Virus record (IMG/VR): IMGVR_UViG_3300008116_000173
Span: 1 to 64,000 of that record
Strand: one strand, 5' to 3'
DNA from: a virus
DNA: 64,000 nucleotides
In this document: positions 18,490 to 28,769 of the stretch, in pieces
How positions within the stretch are numbered: position 1 is the first letter of the stretch
Layout of the letters: each line of letters starts with the position of its first letter
Translations under genes and position numbers: made by a program
Notes under the pieces: generated by a model
What the model saw: the letters and a program-made list of their open reading frames with translations, nothing else
Databases searched by the model: none
Told to the model about the DNA's origin: nothing

Positions 18490-21400
18490 ATGTCACAAAG
18501 TTGTTTTAATTTTAGTCTTAACGAAAATAAAAGAATAGCTGAAGATTTTGGAGAAATAGAAACTCAAAAATTAATTGAGTTGTATTTTCCAGATAAAAAT
18601 CCTGCTAGTTATAATGAATTTATAAGTAATGATAAAGTAAAAGAAGCTTTAGGTTTAAAAGGTATAACTGAAGCTAACAAACTTTTAAATACTAATTATA
18701 AAAAAGAAATTAGTAATCAACAATTAATTAATTTAAAAAGTATTATTAGTCAAACTAATAATAAATTAAAAGGTGAAAATAAAAACATAGTATATAAATT
18801 ATACAATGTTAAACAATTAGGTGAATCTGATAATTATACTTGGGGTATACGTGAAATAAAAGGTAATTTAGATGTTGATGCTAAAATTGAAAGAGCTTTA
18901 ACTAGAGGTAAAACTGAACAAGCTAAAAATTTAAAAAATTTAAATGATAATAATCAATTAACATTATTTCAATTATCTAATAAACAAATTATTAAACCAG
19001 GAGTACAAGAACTATTTGATTCTAATCCTGAATTAGCTAATCAAGTATATGAAGCTTTAGGGTTTAAAAATCAAACACCTAAAAGATTAACTAAATCTGA
19101 TAGAACTTTATCTAAGTATATATCTATTGGAAAATCTGAATTTGAAAAAGCTCAAAAAGAAGCCAATACCAAAAGTTCTGATTTTAATCATAATGGATTT
19201 AGATGGTATGAATCTGAGGATGAGTTATTTGGTGGAAAAGATTGGAGAAAAGATGAATTACCACAAAGTAATAGTGGAACTTTTGAGGATGATTACTATA
19301 AGTTACAAGTAGAATTTTCTCAAAAAGCAAGAAGTTTTCATCCAGAAGATTTTGATGAAATGGGTTTTGAGTTATTGTATGATTTACCTCAAGATGAATT
19401 ATTTCAAGCTATCAGATATTGGTATAAACCTTTAGAAGGAATTGAATTTACAGAATTAGCTGATATATATGACCCAAATTCTTCTTATAATAAAAAACAT
19501 CCAGAAGATATTAAATCTAAAGATGCTTCTGATTTAAGAAAGTTTATTGAAAAAGAAATAGGAATTAAAAATAAACTATACCCTTCCTTAAACAACCAAA
19601 TAACCCCACAACAAAAACAAAAAGCTCTACAACTATACTCTCAATACTTAGATACTATATTTCCTGAAAGAACAAATATTGTTTATTCTACATCAACACT
19701 AGATGATGGAAGTAATTTTTTAACAGATGATATAAATTATTCAAAAAAATATAAAGGTATTACAAAACCATATATTGTAAATTTAAAAAATTCTTTAAAA
19801 ACTAATTATGGTATTAATATTGCAATTTCTAATATATTATTTGAAGAAAATCCTAATATAGATGTAATTTATGGTAAAGAAGGAGAAAGAATAAGTTATA
19901 AAGATATATGGGCTGAAATTCAACAAGATCCTGATTTAACACAAAATGAAGCTATAAAATTATTATCATCTAGACCAACAAGAAATATTAATGTTTTTGT
20001 TGTTAAAAATAAATCAGAAAAATATGAATTAAATACTAAACAAGATATTGAAAATTTTAAAAATTTTATTAATAAAGAAAATAAATTAAATAATTTTGAT
20101 TTAGATATTGATGAAAATCTAACAAAAAAAGAAAAATTAACAAAATTTTTTACTCAATTTGGTTTTAAATTTGAAGAAGGAGATTTATCAACAGATTTAT
20201 TAAAAAAAATAATATATGTTAATAAAAATGATATTGAATTATTTATTAATAATTCTGTAAAAGCTTTAAGTCAACTTTTATTAGCTAATACTAATATAGA
20301 TTTTAATAAACTTAAAAATTTAATTGAAAATACTGAAGAATTTAAAAGTTTATTAAATAATTCAACAACTGAATTTAAAAATAATTATTATCATATAAAC
20401 AGTGGTAATAAAATTCCAATTAATGATTATAGAATTTATCAAAAAGATTATGAAAATATAAAAAAACAAGTAATTGAAAAATATTTAAAAGAATCTTTAT
20501 TAGATAATAAAAATTTAAAACCTTTACACAAATTAATTATTGATTTTATTAATTGGTTAAAAAATTTATTTGAAACTGCTACAAATTTAAAAGATATTAC
20601 TGATAGTTTAATACAACAAGTTTTTGAAAATCAAAAAGAAATTATTATTAATTCTAATCTTTTAAAAAATAAAGAAAAAGTTAATTTAAATAAAGCTTTA
20701 AAAGAAACTAAACATGGTAAAAATATAATTAAAATATTTGGTGATTTTGGTTTAATTCTTACTGGTAGTATAAGTGCATCTGAACAAGGTACTATTTGGA
20801 GAAAAATTGGTAAACTTTTACACGATATTGATTGGATTGTACCTAAAGATTTTAATAAAGATTATTTACAAAAATTATTTGATGAATTTCCTGGAGCAAC
20901 ATTAATAAGACAATTTGATAGTCCTGGTTATTACACAAGAACATATGTTGTTCCACCAAAAGGATACACTATTGCTAATTTAGAATATTTTGAAAAAGAA
21001 AAATATAATGAAAAATATATTAAACAATATGATTTGTTAGATCAAAATAATAAAATAGTTAATAATTATAGAAGATATTATGATGTAACACCTGAAGGAA
21101 AAGTTTACGAAACAAAAGAAGTTTATAATGAAAATTTACAAAATGTTGATGTAAATTTAGATCCTGTATTAGTTGATTTTTTTGAAAATAAACAAAATTT
21201 AGAATTTAAACCTTATACTGTAAATGTAGAAGGTGTTAAACTACAATTATCAAATTGGTTATCTTCTTTTTCTGAAAAATTAAGATACGGTAGAGCTAAA
21301 GATTTATTAGATTATGCTTTATTTATACCTAATGATTTAAATCAATCAAAAGATAATAAATCATTTCAATTAGAACCAACAATACAAAAAGATCCTACTG

Positions 21401-24400
21401 AAATTATTCAACAAGTTGATACTTTATTAAATGATTATATTAATAACAATAATATAAAAGTTGAATTTAAAGATAGGGTTTTAGATGATAATGGTAATGA
21501 TGTTGTAGCTTTTTACAATAGTGTTAAAAAAGTTATTGAGATTAATCAAAATCAACGTGATAGTAAAACATTACCTGAAGAATTAGCTCACCATTTACAT
21601 TTAGCTTTAGGTAAAGATCATATACTTGTTAAACGTGCTTTTAACCTATTAAATAGGGTTGATTATAAAGCTATGTTAGGTCAAGAATATGTTGACTTAT
21701 ATAAAAATAATACAGATTTATTAAAATTTGAAATATTAGGTAAATTAACTGCAGCAGCAGTACGTGGTGAAAAGATACCTTTACAAATGAATACTGTTGA
21801 AGGTAATAAGCTTTGGGATACTATTAAACGTATGATTGATGCTGTTATAAAGTTATTTAAACCTGATGTAAATGTTCAAAAAGAACTTGATAATTTAAGT
21901 AATCAATTTGCTAATATGCTTAAATCAGGTGTTAAAGTTGATAGTGAAAAATCAATTAATGCTAAATTATATCAAACTAATAAAGATTTAATTAATTTAA
22001 GTTCTAAAATTAAACCTGCTTACGTTTATTATACAACATTATCAACAGCACTTAAAAAGAAACAAAAACAATTTAGTGCATTATCTGAAGAATATAAAAT
22101 TATTCAAAATCAAATTAATACTATTGATATATCATTAAGAGAATTAATTCAAAATGAAAATGAATTACCTTTAATTAATCTTGTTGAAGAAACTATAACA
22201 ACTGTAGCTCAAAACATTAATGATTTTGAAATTAATTATTCTAAAGGTATAATGCCTTCAGAAAAAAATATTATTGAAGCTGTTGAAATACTTAAAAAGT
22301 TTTCAGGATTTCCTGGTACAGAAAGTAAAATTAATGCTTTAAAAGCTAGATTAATTAATTTTATTAAACCTTATTTAGCAAATAAAGCTTCTGAGGTATT
22401 AGGTAAACCTGTTACTGAGGAAGATATATCTGCTGTAACAAGTGATATTAATGTACTTGAAAAGAATTTTGGTACATTAGCAAGAACTGAATTTACATTA
22501 TCACGTATGCTTGGTTTATTAATTAAACAAAAGCAAAATACTATAGAACGTGAAAATAAGCAAGCTTTTGAACAAGTACAAGCTGCTACTAATAAATTAA
22601 AAGATTGGGCAGCTAGCAAAGGTATGTCTTTAGAGCAAGCTTTTGATGTATTACAACAAGAATACAGAGGTACTAGAATATTAACTAAAGAATATACTAG
22701 TGAATTTTATAAGTTAATTAATGATACTTATAAATTAGATCCTGAAAAAGCTAAAGAAGCACGTGCTAAAATAGCTATTTGGGATGCTGCTAATAAAAAA
22801 TGGATACCTAAATCTACTAAGTATAATAATCCAAATTACCAATTAATACATAAAAAAGGTAATGAAGATTTATTAAACTATTATAATTTCTTTAAAGATC
22901 AAATTCAAAAAATATCTGATAATACATTACCTATTGAATTAGATGATTATTTTATACCTAATGTGTATGAAGAAACACTTTTAGATATATTAAAAACTGA
23001 AGATGCTGTTGGTGATAAATTAAAAGATAGTGTTATCCATATATTAGAATTTAATCCATTTGAAAAAATGGGTACTGTTGATAAGCAGATGGATGTTATT
23101 TATGATGCTGATTTGATTGGTGATAAAATACCTTTAAAATACATTCAAGCACTACCTGAAGATAAGAAATCTAAAAATTTAAGTGCAGCATTATTAAAAT
23201 TCATGTATTTTGCTAATAGTTATAATCACATGAATGAAATATTACCTATTGCTAACTTAGTTCAGGAAACTATAACAGACCCTGATACTAGTAAAATACT
23301 TCAATATGGTAACCCTAACTTAAACGTTGCTGCTAAATCTAATATAGTTGACATGGTTAAAACTATAAAAGAAATGCAGATTTTAGGTAAGATGCGTAAA
23401 GAGAATGAAATGTTTAATGTATTAGGTTATAAATTAAACTATGGTAAATTAATTGATTTTGGTTTACAGTACACTTCTAAAATACGTTTAGGTTTAAATC
23501 CATTTGCTGCATTAGCTAACGTTGCTGTAGGTAACTTAGGTAATATTATTGAAGCTGCAGGTGGTAAATACTTTACATTAAGTGAATATTTTAGTGCTTT
23601 AGGTACCTTTACAACTGAAGCTAAAAAAGTAGATGGATTGATTAATCTATTTAACCCTTTGATGGAAATGGATGATTATGAAAATCTTAAAAAATTAGGT
23701 GTTGGTTCTAAAGAATACCGTGAAAAAATAAATGGTTTGTTATATGCACCTACACGTATGGGTGAAAAACAAATGCAAACTACTACTATGATTGCTATAT
23801 TAAAGCATAAAAAAGTTGACATTAAAGATAAAAAAGGTAATGTAACTGGTAGTATATCAATGTTAGATGCTTTTGATAGTAATGGTAAATGGGATACTGC
23901 TAAAATGGGTTATGAATTAAATGAACAAGAAATTAATAAAATAACCAATAGAGTACATGGTGTTAACCAAATGATTCATGGTAGGTATTCAGCTAAAGAT
24001 GCTGCTGCAATGCAACAATATGCTATGTATAGGGCTTTAATGCAATTTAAAAAATGGATACCAGCTGCTGTTGAACAACGTTTTATGGCTAGACGTTATG
24101 ACCCACTATTAGATGAAGAAACTGAAGGTAGGTATTGGGCTTATGCTAAAGGTCTTAGACTTATGATGGCTAAATTAAAAAATGATGCCAAAAAGATTGA
24201 AGAAAATAAGTTTACTGAATTAGATTGGTATAACATGCGTAGAAATGCTATGGAAGTACTAATGATAGGTTTAATGTTTGGTTTAACTACTTTCCTTAAA
24301 GCTGGTGATGATGATGATGAATTAAAGCGTAATGCAAGTTATAAGACTTATATGCGCCTTTTAAACAGCGTTAGTGGTGATTTAATGCAATGGTATTTAC

Positions 24401-24660
24401 CAGGTACATTTTTAGATAAAGCTATGGTATTACCTGTAACTAAAACATTAAGGTCACTTGAAAGAACTATACAGTATACACCTTATATGTTTGGTGATTA
24501 TACTAGTGATGCTTCAGGTACTTATGAAGCTGGTGAACGTAAAGATGAAAATAAATTCTGGAGTAATTTCTTTAATAATGTACCTTTTGGTAGTACTACT
24601 GCTGACATGTACAGAACATGGTTTAAAGATGATGTAAGTTACATACCTCGTAATAGGTAA
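18490..24660 (+). CDS. Large multidomain ejection protein (ART-like, nucleotidyltransferase, degenerate zincin, helical C-terminal region)
   Basis: 2056 aa immediately after the RNAP; LTGS...HDID; PEELAHH; C-terminal HGRYS...MQFKKW block. Confidence 0.7.
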   Translation: MSQSCFNFSLNENKRIAEDFGEIETQKLIELYFPDKNPASYNEFISNDKVKEALGLKGITEANKLLNTNYKKEISNQQLINLKSIISQTNNKLKGENKNIVYKLYNVKQLGESDNYTWGIREIKGNLDVDAKIERALTRGKTEQAKNLKNLNDNNQLTLFQLSNKQIIKPGVQELFDSNPELANQVYEALGFKNQTPKRLTKSDRTLSKYISIGKSEFEKAQKEANTKSSDFNHNGFRWYESEDELFGGKDWRKDELPQSNSGTFEDDYYKLQVEFSQKARSFHPEDFDEMGFELLYDLPQDELFQAIRYWYKPLEGIEFTELADIYDPNSSYNKKHPEDIKSKDASDLRKFIEKEIGIKNKLYPSLNNQITPQQKQKALQLYSQYLDTIFPERTNIVYSTSTLDDGSNFLTDDINYSKKYKGITKPYIVNLKNSLKTNYGINIAISNILFEENPNIDVIYGKEGERISYKDIWAEIQQDPDLTQNEAIKLLSSRPTRNINVFVVKNKSEKYELNTKQDIENFKNFINKENKLNNFDLDIDENLTKKEKLTKFFTQFGFKFEEGDLSTDLLKKIIYVNKNDIELFINNSVKALSQLLLANTNIDFNKLKNLIENTEEFKSLLNNSTTEFKNNYYHINSGNKIPINDYRIYQKDYENIKKQVIEKYLKESLLDNKNLKPLHKLIIDFINWLKNLFETATNLKDITDSLIQQVFENQKEIIINSNLLKNKEKVNLNKALKETKHGKNIIKIFGDFGLILTGSISASEQGTIWRKIGKLLHDIDWIVPKDFNKDYLQKLFDEFPGATLIRQFDSPGYYTRTYVVPPKGYTIANLEYFEKEKYNEKYIKQYDLLDQNNKIVNNYRRYYDVTPEGKVYETKEVYNENLQNVDVNLDPVLVDFFENKQNLEFKPYTVNVEGVKLQLSNWLSSFSEKLRYGRAKDLLDYALFIPNDLNQSKDNKSFQLEPTIQKDPTEIIQQVDTLLNDYINNNNIKVEFKDRVLDDNGNDVVAFYNSVKKVIEINQNQRDSKTLPEELAHHLHLALGKDHILVKRAFNLLNRVDYKAMLGQEYVDLYKNNTDLLKFEILGKLTAAAVRGEKIPLQMNTVEGNKLWDTIKRMIDAVIKLFKPDVNVQKELDNLSNQFANMLKSGVKVDSEKSINAKLYQTNKDLINLSSKIKPAYVYYTTLSTALKKKQKQFSALSEEYKIIQNQINTIDISLRELIQNENELPLINLVEETITTVAQNINDFEINYSKGIMPSEKNIIEAVEILKKFSGFPGTESKINALKARLINFIKPYLANKASEVLGKPVTEEDISAVTSDINVLEKNFGTLARTEFTLSRMLGLLIKQKQNTIERENKQAFEQVQAATNKLKDWAASKGMSLEQAFDVLQQEYRGTRILTKEYTSEFYKLINDTYKLDPEKAKEARAKIAIWDAANKKWIPKSTKYNNPNYQLIHKKGNEDLLNYYNFFKDQIQKISDNTLPIELDDYFIPNVYEETLLDILKTEDAVGDKLKDSVIHILEFNPFEKMGTVDKQMDVIYDADLIGDKIPLKYIQALPEDKKSKNLSAALLKFMYFANSYNHMNEILPIANLVQETITDPDTSKILQYGNPNLNVAAKSNIVDMVKTIKEMQILGKMRKENEMFNVLGYKLNYGKLIDFGLQYTSKIRLGLNPFAALANVAVGNLGNIIEAAGGKYFTLSEYFSALGTFTTEAKKVDGLINLFNPLMEMDDYENLKKLGVGSKEYREKINGLLYAPTRMGEKQMQTTTMIAILKHKKVDIKDKKGNVTGSISMLDAFDSNGKWDTAKMGYELNEQEINKITNRVHGVNQMIHGRYSAKDAAAMQQYAMYRALMQFKKWIPAAVEQRFMARRYDPLLDEETEGRYWAYAKGLRLMMAKLKNDAKKIEENKFTELDWYNMRRNAMEVLMIGLMFGLTTFLKAGDDDDELKRNASYKTYMRLLNSVSGDLMQWYLPGTFLDKAMVLPVTKTLRSLERTIQYTPYMFGDYTSDASGTYEAGERKDENKFWSNFFNNVPFGSTTADMYRTWFKDDVSYIPRNR

Positions 24661-24678
24661 TTCAATATCAATGCAGGT

Positions 24679-24726
24679 AAAAAAAAGGGTTAGCTCACTT
24701 AAGAACTAACCCTTGATTTATTTTTT
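24679..24726. terminator. Intrinsic, probably bidirectional, terminator at the convergent junction
   Basis: AAGGGTTAG (24685-24693) pairs with CTAACCCTT (24706-24714); A8 tract on the left (U tract on the - strand), T-rich tract on the right. Confidence 0.85.
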
Positions 24727-24735
24727 ATTAATTAA

Positions 24736-24927
24736 TTAAAACGTACTTAAATAATTTTTAGCAGCTTTAAGTGTATCAAATGTAATACGCTTACTAACAC
24801 CACTAACACATTTACGCACAGTATATTTACCACTTATTTGTTTGTAAATATTCTTTGCTATACGTTGATCTTGCTTTAGGTTTGTAACCTTGGTTTTAGA
24901 TTTACCCTTGTTTGTTTGTTTTTTCAT
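24736..24927 (-). CDS. Small basic hypothetical protein, possibly DNA-binding
   Basis: 63 aa, Lys-rich; NIYK...KYTVR...FDTLKAAK resembles AP2/Arm-type small domains. Confidence 0.45.
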   Translation of the reverse strand: MKKQTNKGKSKTKVTNLKQDQRIAKNIYKQISGKYTVRKCVSGVSKRITFDTLKAAKNYLSTF

Positions 24928-24936
24928 AGTTTATAT

Positions 24937-25167
24937 TTAATCTTTAAATTTATTGACTATACTGTCCCAACTAACCCAAATCTTATTATTATCATCACAC
25001 AAGTAAAATAAACCATCATATTCAAGAAATACAACAGATTCTTTAGTTGCTTGGGAATGTGCTAAAACTTGGTTGTTTTCATCATGTACTACAAGTACAT
25101 TATAGTTTTCATTAACACCTTTATCATTAGGTATTTGAACTACGTCTTTAAATATATTAAATTTCAT
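24937..25167 (-). CDS. Hypothetical protein
   Basis: 76-aa ORF tightly packed in the operon. Confidence 0.55.
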   Translation of the reverse strand: MKFNIFKDVVQIPNDKGVNENYNVLVVHDENNQVLAHSQATKESVVFLEYDGLFYLCDDNNKIWVSWDSIVNKFKD

Positions 25168-25168
25168 A

Positions 25169-25495
25169 TTATCTATTATCTCCAGAGCCTTGTATTACAC
25201 CTCTGTTCATCCTATCTTTTAATTTAGCTATATTATTTTCTGCAATAGCATTCATATCAAGTCCTAAATCTCTAGATAAGGCAGCTATATACCAAAGTAC
25301 ATCACCTATTTCTTTACCAATCTCTACCACACTAGCAGGTGAATATACGCCATTATTATCCCGTAATACTTTTTTAATCTTACCTAAAACTTCACCAGCT
25401 TCATTGCTAAGACCTAAAGCAGGGTAAATAATTTTGCTATTGTCACTGTAAACAGCTGTCTGTGCAGCTTCATTTTGATATTCGTTAAACGTCAT
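25169..25495 (-). CDS. mazG: MazG-like NTP pyrophosphohydrolase
   Basis: LGLSNEAGEV...KEIGDVLWY...NIAKL..R motif. Confidence 0.9.
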   Translation of the reverse strand: MTFNEYQNEAAQTAVYSDNSKIIYPALGLSNEAGEVLGKIKKVLRDNNGVYSPASVVEIGKEIGDVLWYIAALSRDLGLDMNAIAENNIAKLKDRMNRGVIQGSGDNR

Positions 25496-26445
25496 TTTGT
25501 TTCTTTTATTACTGCAAAGCTAGCATAAGCTCCACATTTTTTACATTGTTTTTGTATTTTTAACACACCTGTAGCAGTTATACGTTTTTTACAATATGCT
25601 AAATCATTATTACCACATTTAGGGCAAGTATGTTTATCATGACCACGTAATACACCTACATGTGTTTTAGCTGATACATAATTTTCAAGTTTCTTAAATA
25701 CACGTTCTAATAATAAAACATCATTACAACAATATTTAATCATCTTGCTTAAGGCTGTAGGATCATTATTTTCAATAATCTTTTTCCACAATTCAAACCC
25801 ACCTGTATCTATTTTCTTCCCTACTTTAAGTATTTGACCTATGTAGTCCAACCTGTTAGAGTTAAATTTAAACTCTTTACGGGCTATTTTAAGTGTATCT
25901 ATACTGGTTATAGAAGGCATGTTTCTAATACCATGATATAAACACCTGGTTTTGAACCACTTAATATCAAACTTATCTGAATTATGACCTACAATCTCAT
26001 CAGCATCCATTATAATTTTATAGAACTGATGGATCATTTCATAATCATCACCTTTATTCCAATGTAAAGAATGTACTTTATTTTCATGTTCCCATTTGTA
26101 ACATATACAAATAATGGCTCTTTCCTTAATAATATTTTGGTAACCTACATTAAGGTTATAACCAATAGTCCATGAATAAACAACATTAGGGCTTGTTTCA
26201 ATGTCAAAATATAGGCGTTTTAAGCTATTTTTAGGCATTTTAAAGACACTTTGTTGTTCAGGTATACTTTTACTTGGTTTAGATTTAGTAAACGATTTAA
26301 AGTTATCCTGAGCTGTTTTTTTAGCTATTACAATATCATTTAGTGACCACCTAGGCCACATTGATTTTATAAACTTTACGTTTTTCTTGAAATAGCCTGG
26401 TCTATCCATTAGCCATTTATATATAACTAATTGATTTTCAGTCAT
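25492..26445 (-). CDS. DnaQ/RNase H-like 3'-5' exonuclease with C-terminal Zn ribbon
   Basis: FDIETS, GHNSDKFD, YCCNDV; CPKCG...CKKCG. Confidence 0.85.
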   Translation of the reverse strand: MTENQLVIYKWLMDRPGYFKKNVKFIKSMWPRWSLNDIVIAKKTAQDNFKSFTKSKPSKSIPEQQSVFKMPKNSLKRLYFDIETSPNVVYSWTIGYNLNVGYQNIIKERAIICICYKWEHENKVHSLHWNKGDDYEMIHQFYKIIMDADEIVGHNSDKFDIKWFKTRCLYHGIRNMPSITSIDTLKIARKEFKFNSNRLDYIGQILKVGKKIDTGGFELWKKIIENNDPTALSKMIKYCCNDVLLLERVFKKLENYVSAKTHVGVLRGHDKHTCPKCGNNDLAYCKKRITATGVLKIQKQCKKCGAYASFAVIKETK

Positions 26446-26905
26446 TTGTTTTTGTTTTATATACTACATTACGGTCATCAACACCTTTATTTGTTTTTTG
26501 ACTATCTAAAATCATCATAATACTGGCTGCTGCATTAGCCAAATGATTAGTACCAATCTCATCAATATCTTCCCCACGTAACCATTGGTTTAAATGACGC
26601 ATAGCTGCTGCTATATAACGCCTGTAATTAGTACCATGACTATAATTAAATACCCCATATTTTTGAGCACCTTTTGAAAATACTATTGCTATTTCTAATA
26701 ATGCTTCTTGTGGTATTAATGTAAAGTCAGGTTTATCATGATCAAATTTTATAGTTTCTTTAATTTCTACAGTATTTGAATTACTATATGTAGTATTTGA
26801 TTTATAATTAGGATAATATTCTCCTATTTTAGGTGCAGAAACCCTATTTTCTAGGGCTTCTGTTCCATTTGCTGGTCTATTTAGTTTATTAAAGTCAAAT
26901 TCCAT
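26438..26905 (-). CDS. dATP/dGTP diphosphohydrolase domain protein (DUF5664-like)
   Basis: KFDHDKPDFTLIP...GAQKYG..NY..G...AAMRHL...GEDID...HLANAA. Confidence 0.85.
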   Translation of the reverse strand: MEFDFNKLNRPANGTEALENRVSAPKIGEYYPNYKSNTTYSNSNTVEIKETIKFDHDKPDFTLIPQEALLEIAIVFSKGAQKYGVFNYSHGTNYRRYIAAAMRHLNQWLRGEDIDEIGTNHLANAAASIMMILDSQKTNKGVDDRNVVYKTKTND

Positions 26906-26918
26906 TCGGCAAATATAA

Positions 26919-28769
26919 TTATTTTATTTCACATGCACCACCTGCGCAAGCAGCTTGGTCAGTAAAATTTGTACCATCCTCATTTTCAATGACTTTAGTT
27001 AAGTCAATCTCTTTTAAACTTGAGCTAAGTTTATCAAAAACAGCCTTAGTACAGTTTTCAAATGGTGCTTGTATATAGCTACCATTATCATAAGGTAATA
27101 CACTTATACCGTTATATGTGTGTTTATTATGCCACATCCAATCTCCTACAATAATCCATTCTTCAGGTTTAATAGACACTGTTGCACTAACGTTATTTGT
27201 ATTATCACCTTTTCTGTGACCATTTCTAACCCACTCTAGATTAAATTTGCTAATACGATCTAATAACTGCATAGCACTTTCAGTTCTTAATATAGAACCT
27301 TGTGGTGCTTCTTGAGGTATAGTTATAATAGCAGTATCTGATCTTAACTGGTCATCTTCTATAAGTTCAGGATGATGTATTGCTAAGTGAAAGTATAAAG
27401 GATCATTTTTCATAAGCCTAATACGACGTAAATAATAATCATTATGCCATGCATGAATACCACTAGATGTACCTAATACACAACTTGTAGTGCCACTAGG
27501 TTTAATAGTTGTTACACGTGCAGCTTCATTAATATGTAATATAGCAGCATAATGTTTATTAGTTGCTTTAGCAAGTTCAGCAGCTAAGTTTAAATCATAA
27601 TTTAAAATAGTACCTGAACCAATACCAGTCATACCAACACCAATTAATGCATCTTCTTCAGTTGTTTTTTTCCATATGCTGCGCAGATAATGAAAATCTG
27701 TAAAGCCAGCCTGTAATGTACCAAAGAATGCTGCTGTTGATACCCTTGTATTTAAATCATCTTGTGACGTTATATCACTTACATTTACTTCACATAAATT
27801 ACAAAATTGGTATGGACGTAAAGCAATCTCACAACATGGGTTAGTACCCCAATCTAAATTATTAGTCCAATATACACCTGGTTCTCCACTACCTGATAGT
27901 TCTATCTTCTTCCAAATATTTTTAAATTCTTGTTCTGTTGTTGTAGCTCTATCTAAAACTACAGAGTTATTTGCTCTACCACGTTGGGCATTTAATTCCC
28001 ACCATGCACCAAATTTACATTCTAGCATTTCCTGGTCATCATGTGAAAATAAGCTAATCATTGCTGAACGCCTAATACCACCTGATAACACAGCATCTGC
28101 TATGTGACACATTAAATCATGACAATCAATAGGTTTTAGTTTATCACCGTTTTCCTTACGTTCAAATATACTTTCCATATGTGCTAAACATATTTTTAAT
28201 GGTTCAGGTCCTGGTGCTTTACCACCAGCTGTAACCAAACGCACACCTTTATGACGTATATCTGAAAAATTAAATTTAGGTTTATATTGTGTATAACCTA
28301 AATATGATTTAACAAGTGCTTTAATAGCATCAGCCCAACCTTCTAAAGAATCACCAATGATGAATTTCTTTTCCTTAATAGGTTTTTTAATAGCTGGTAA
28401 TTGGTCAACATGTTGTTTTTGTACTGAAAAACCAACACCAGTACCACCTAATAATAAGAACATGGCTTCACTGAATGCTTTATAATTATCTACAGGAAAA
28501 TATGCACAATTATATATCCTGCTTTCGTTTTTAAATATAGGTAAACCTGCAAATTGCATAGCACGCATACTTGGTAATATTTGTTTATTACGCACTAATA
28601 ACATTTTGGTTGTGATATCCTCAGTTAATTGAGGATACCGTTCAACCATCATGTTCTCATACCTATCACAAATTTCCTGCCAAGTTTCTCTACGACTAAA
28701 CTCAGGTTTAAATTTTGCATACTTGTTAAAAATTGTAATTTCTGATAAAATTTGATTACTGATTGTCAT
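26919..28769 (-). CDS. nrdJ: Class II (adenosylcobalamin-dependent) ribonucleotide reductase
   Basis: TNPCCEI, FCNLCE, TIKPSGT, C-terminal CAGGAC; no beta-subunit gene nearby. Confidence 0.9.
   Translation of the reverse strand: MTISNQILSEITIFNKYAKFKPEFSRRETWQEICDRYENMMVERYPQLTEDITTKMLLVRNKQILPSMRAMQFAGLPIFKNESRIYNCAYFPVDNYKAFSEAMFLLLGGTGVGFSVQKQHVDQLPAIKKPIKEKKFIIGDSLEGWADAIKALVKSYLGYTQYKPKFNFSDIRHKGVRLVTAGGKAPGPEPLKICLAHMESIFERKENGDKLKPIDCHDLMCHIADAVLSGGIRRSAMISLFSHDDQEMLECKFGAWWELNAQRGRANNSVVLDRATTTEQEFKNIWKKIELSGSGEPGVYWTNNLDWGTNPCCEIALRPYQFCNLCEVNVSDITSQDDLNTRVSTAAFFGTLQAGFTDFHYLRSIWKKTTEEDALIGVGMTGIGSGTILNYDLNLAAELAKATNKHYAAILHINEAARVTTIKPSGTTSCVLGTSSGIHAWHNDYYLRRIRLMKNDPLYFHLAIHHPELIEDDQLRSDTAIITIPQEAPQGSILRTESAMQLLDRISKFNLEWVRNGHRKGDNTNNVSATVSIKPEEWIIVGDWMWHNKHTYNGISVLPYDNGSYIQAPFENCTKAVFDKLSSSLKEIDLTKVIENEDGTNFTDQAACAGGACEIK

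Noticed and set aside
2148-22619. Short antisense or alternate-frame ORFs (2148, 2442, 3495, 3745, 3893, 8001, 13040, 17936, 19127, 22371)
   Set aside because: They lie wholly inside long, well-supported genes and show no motifs, so they are shadow ORFs.
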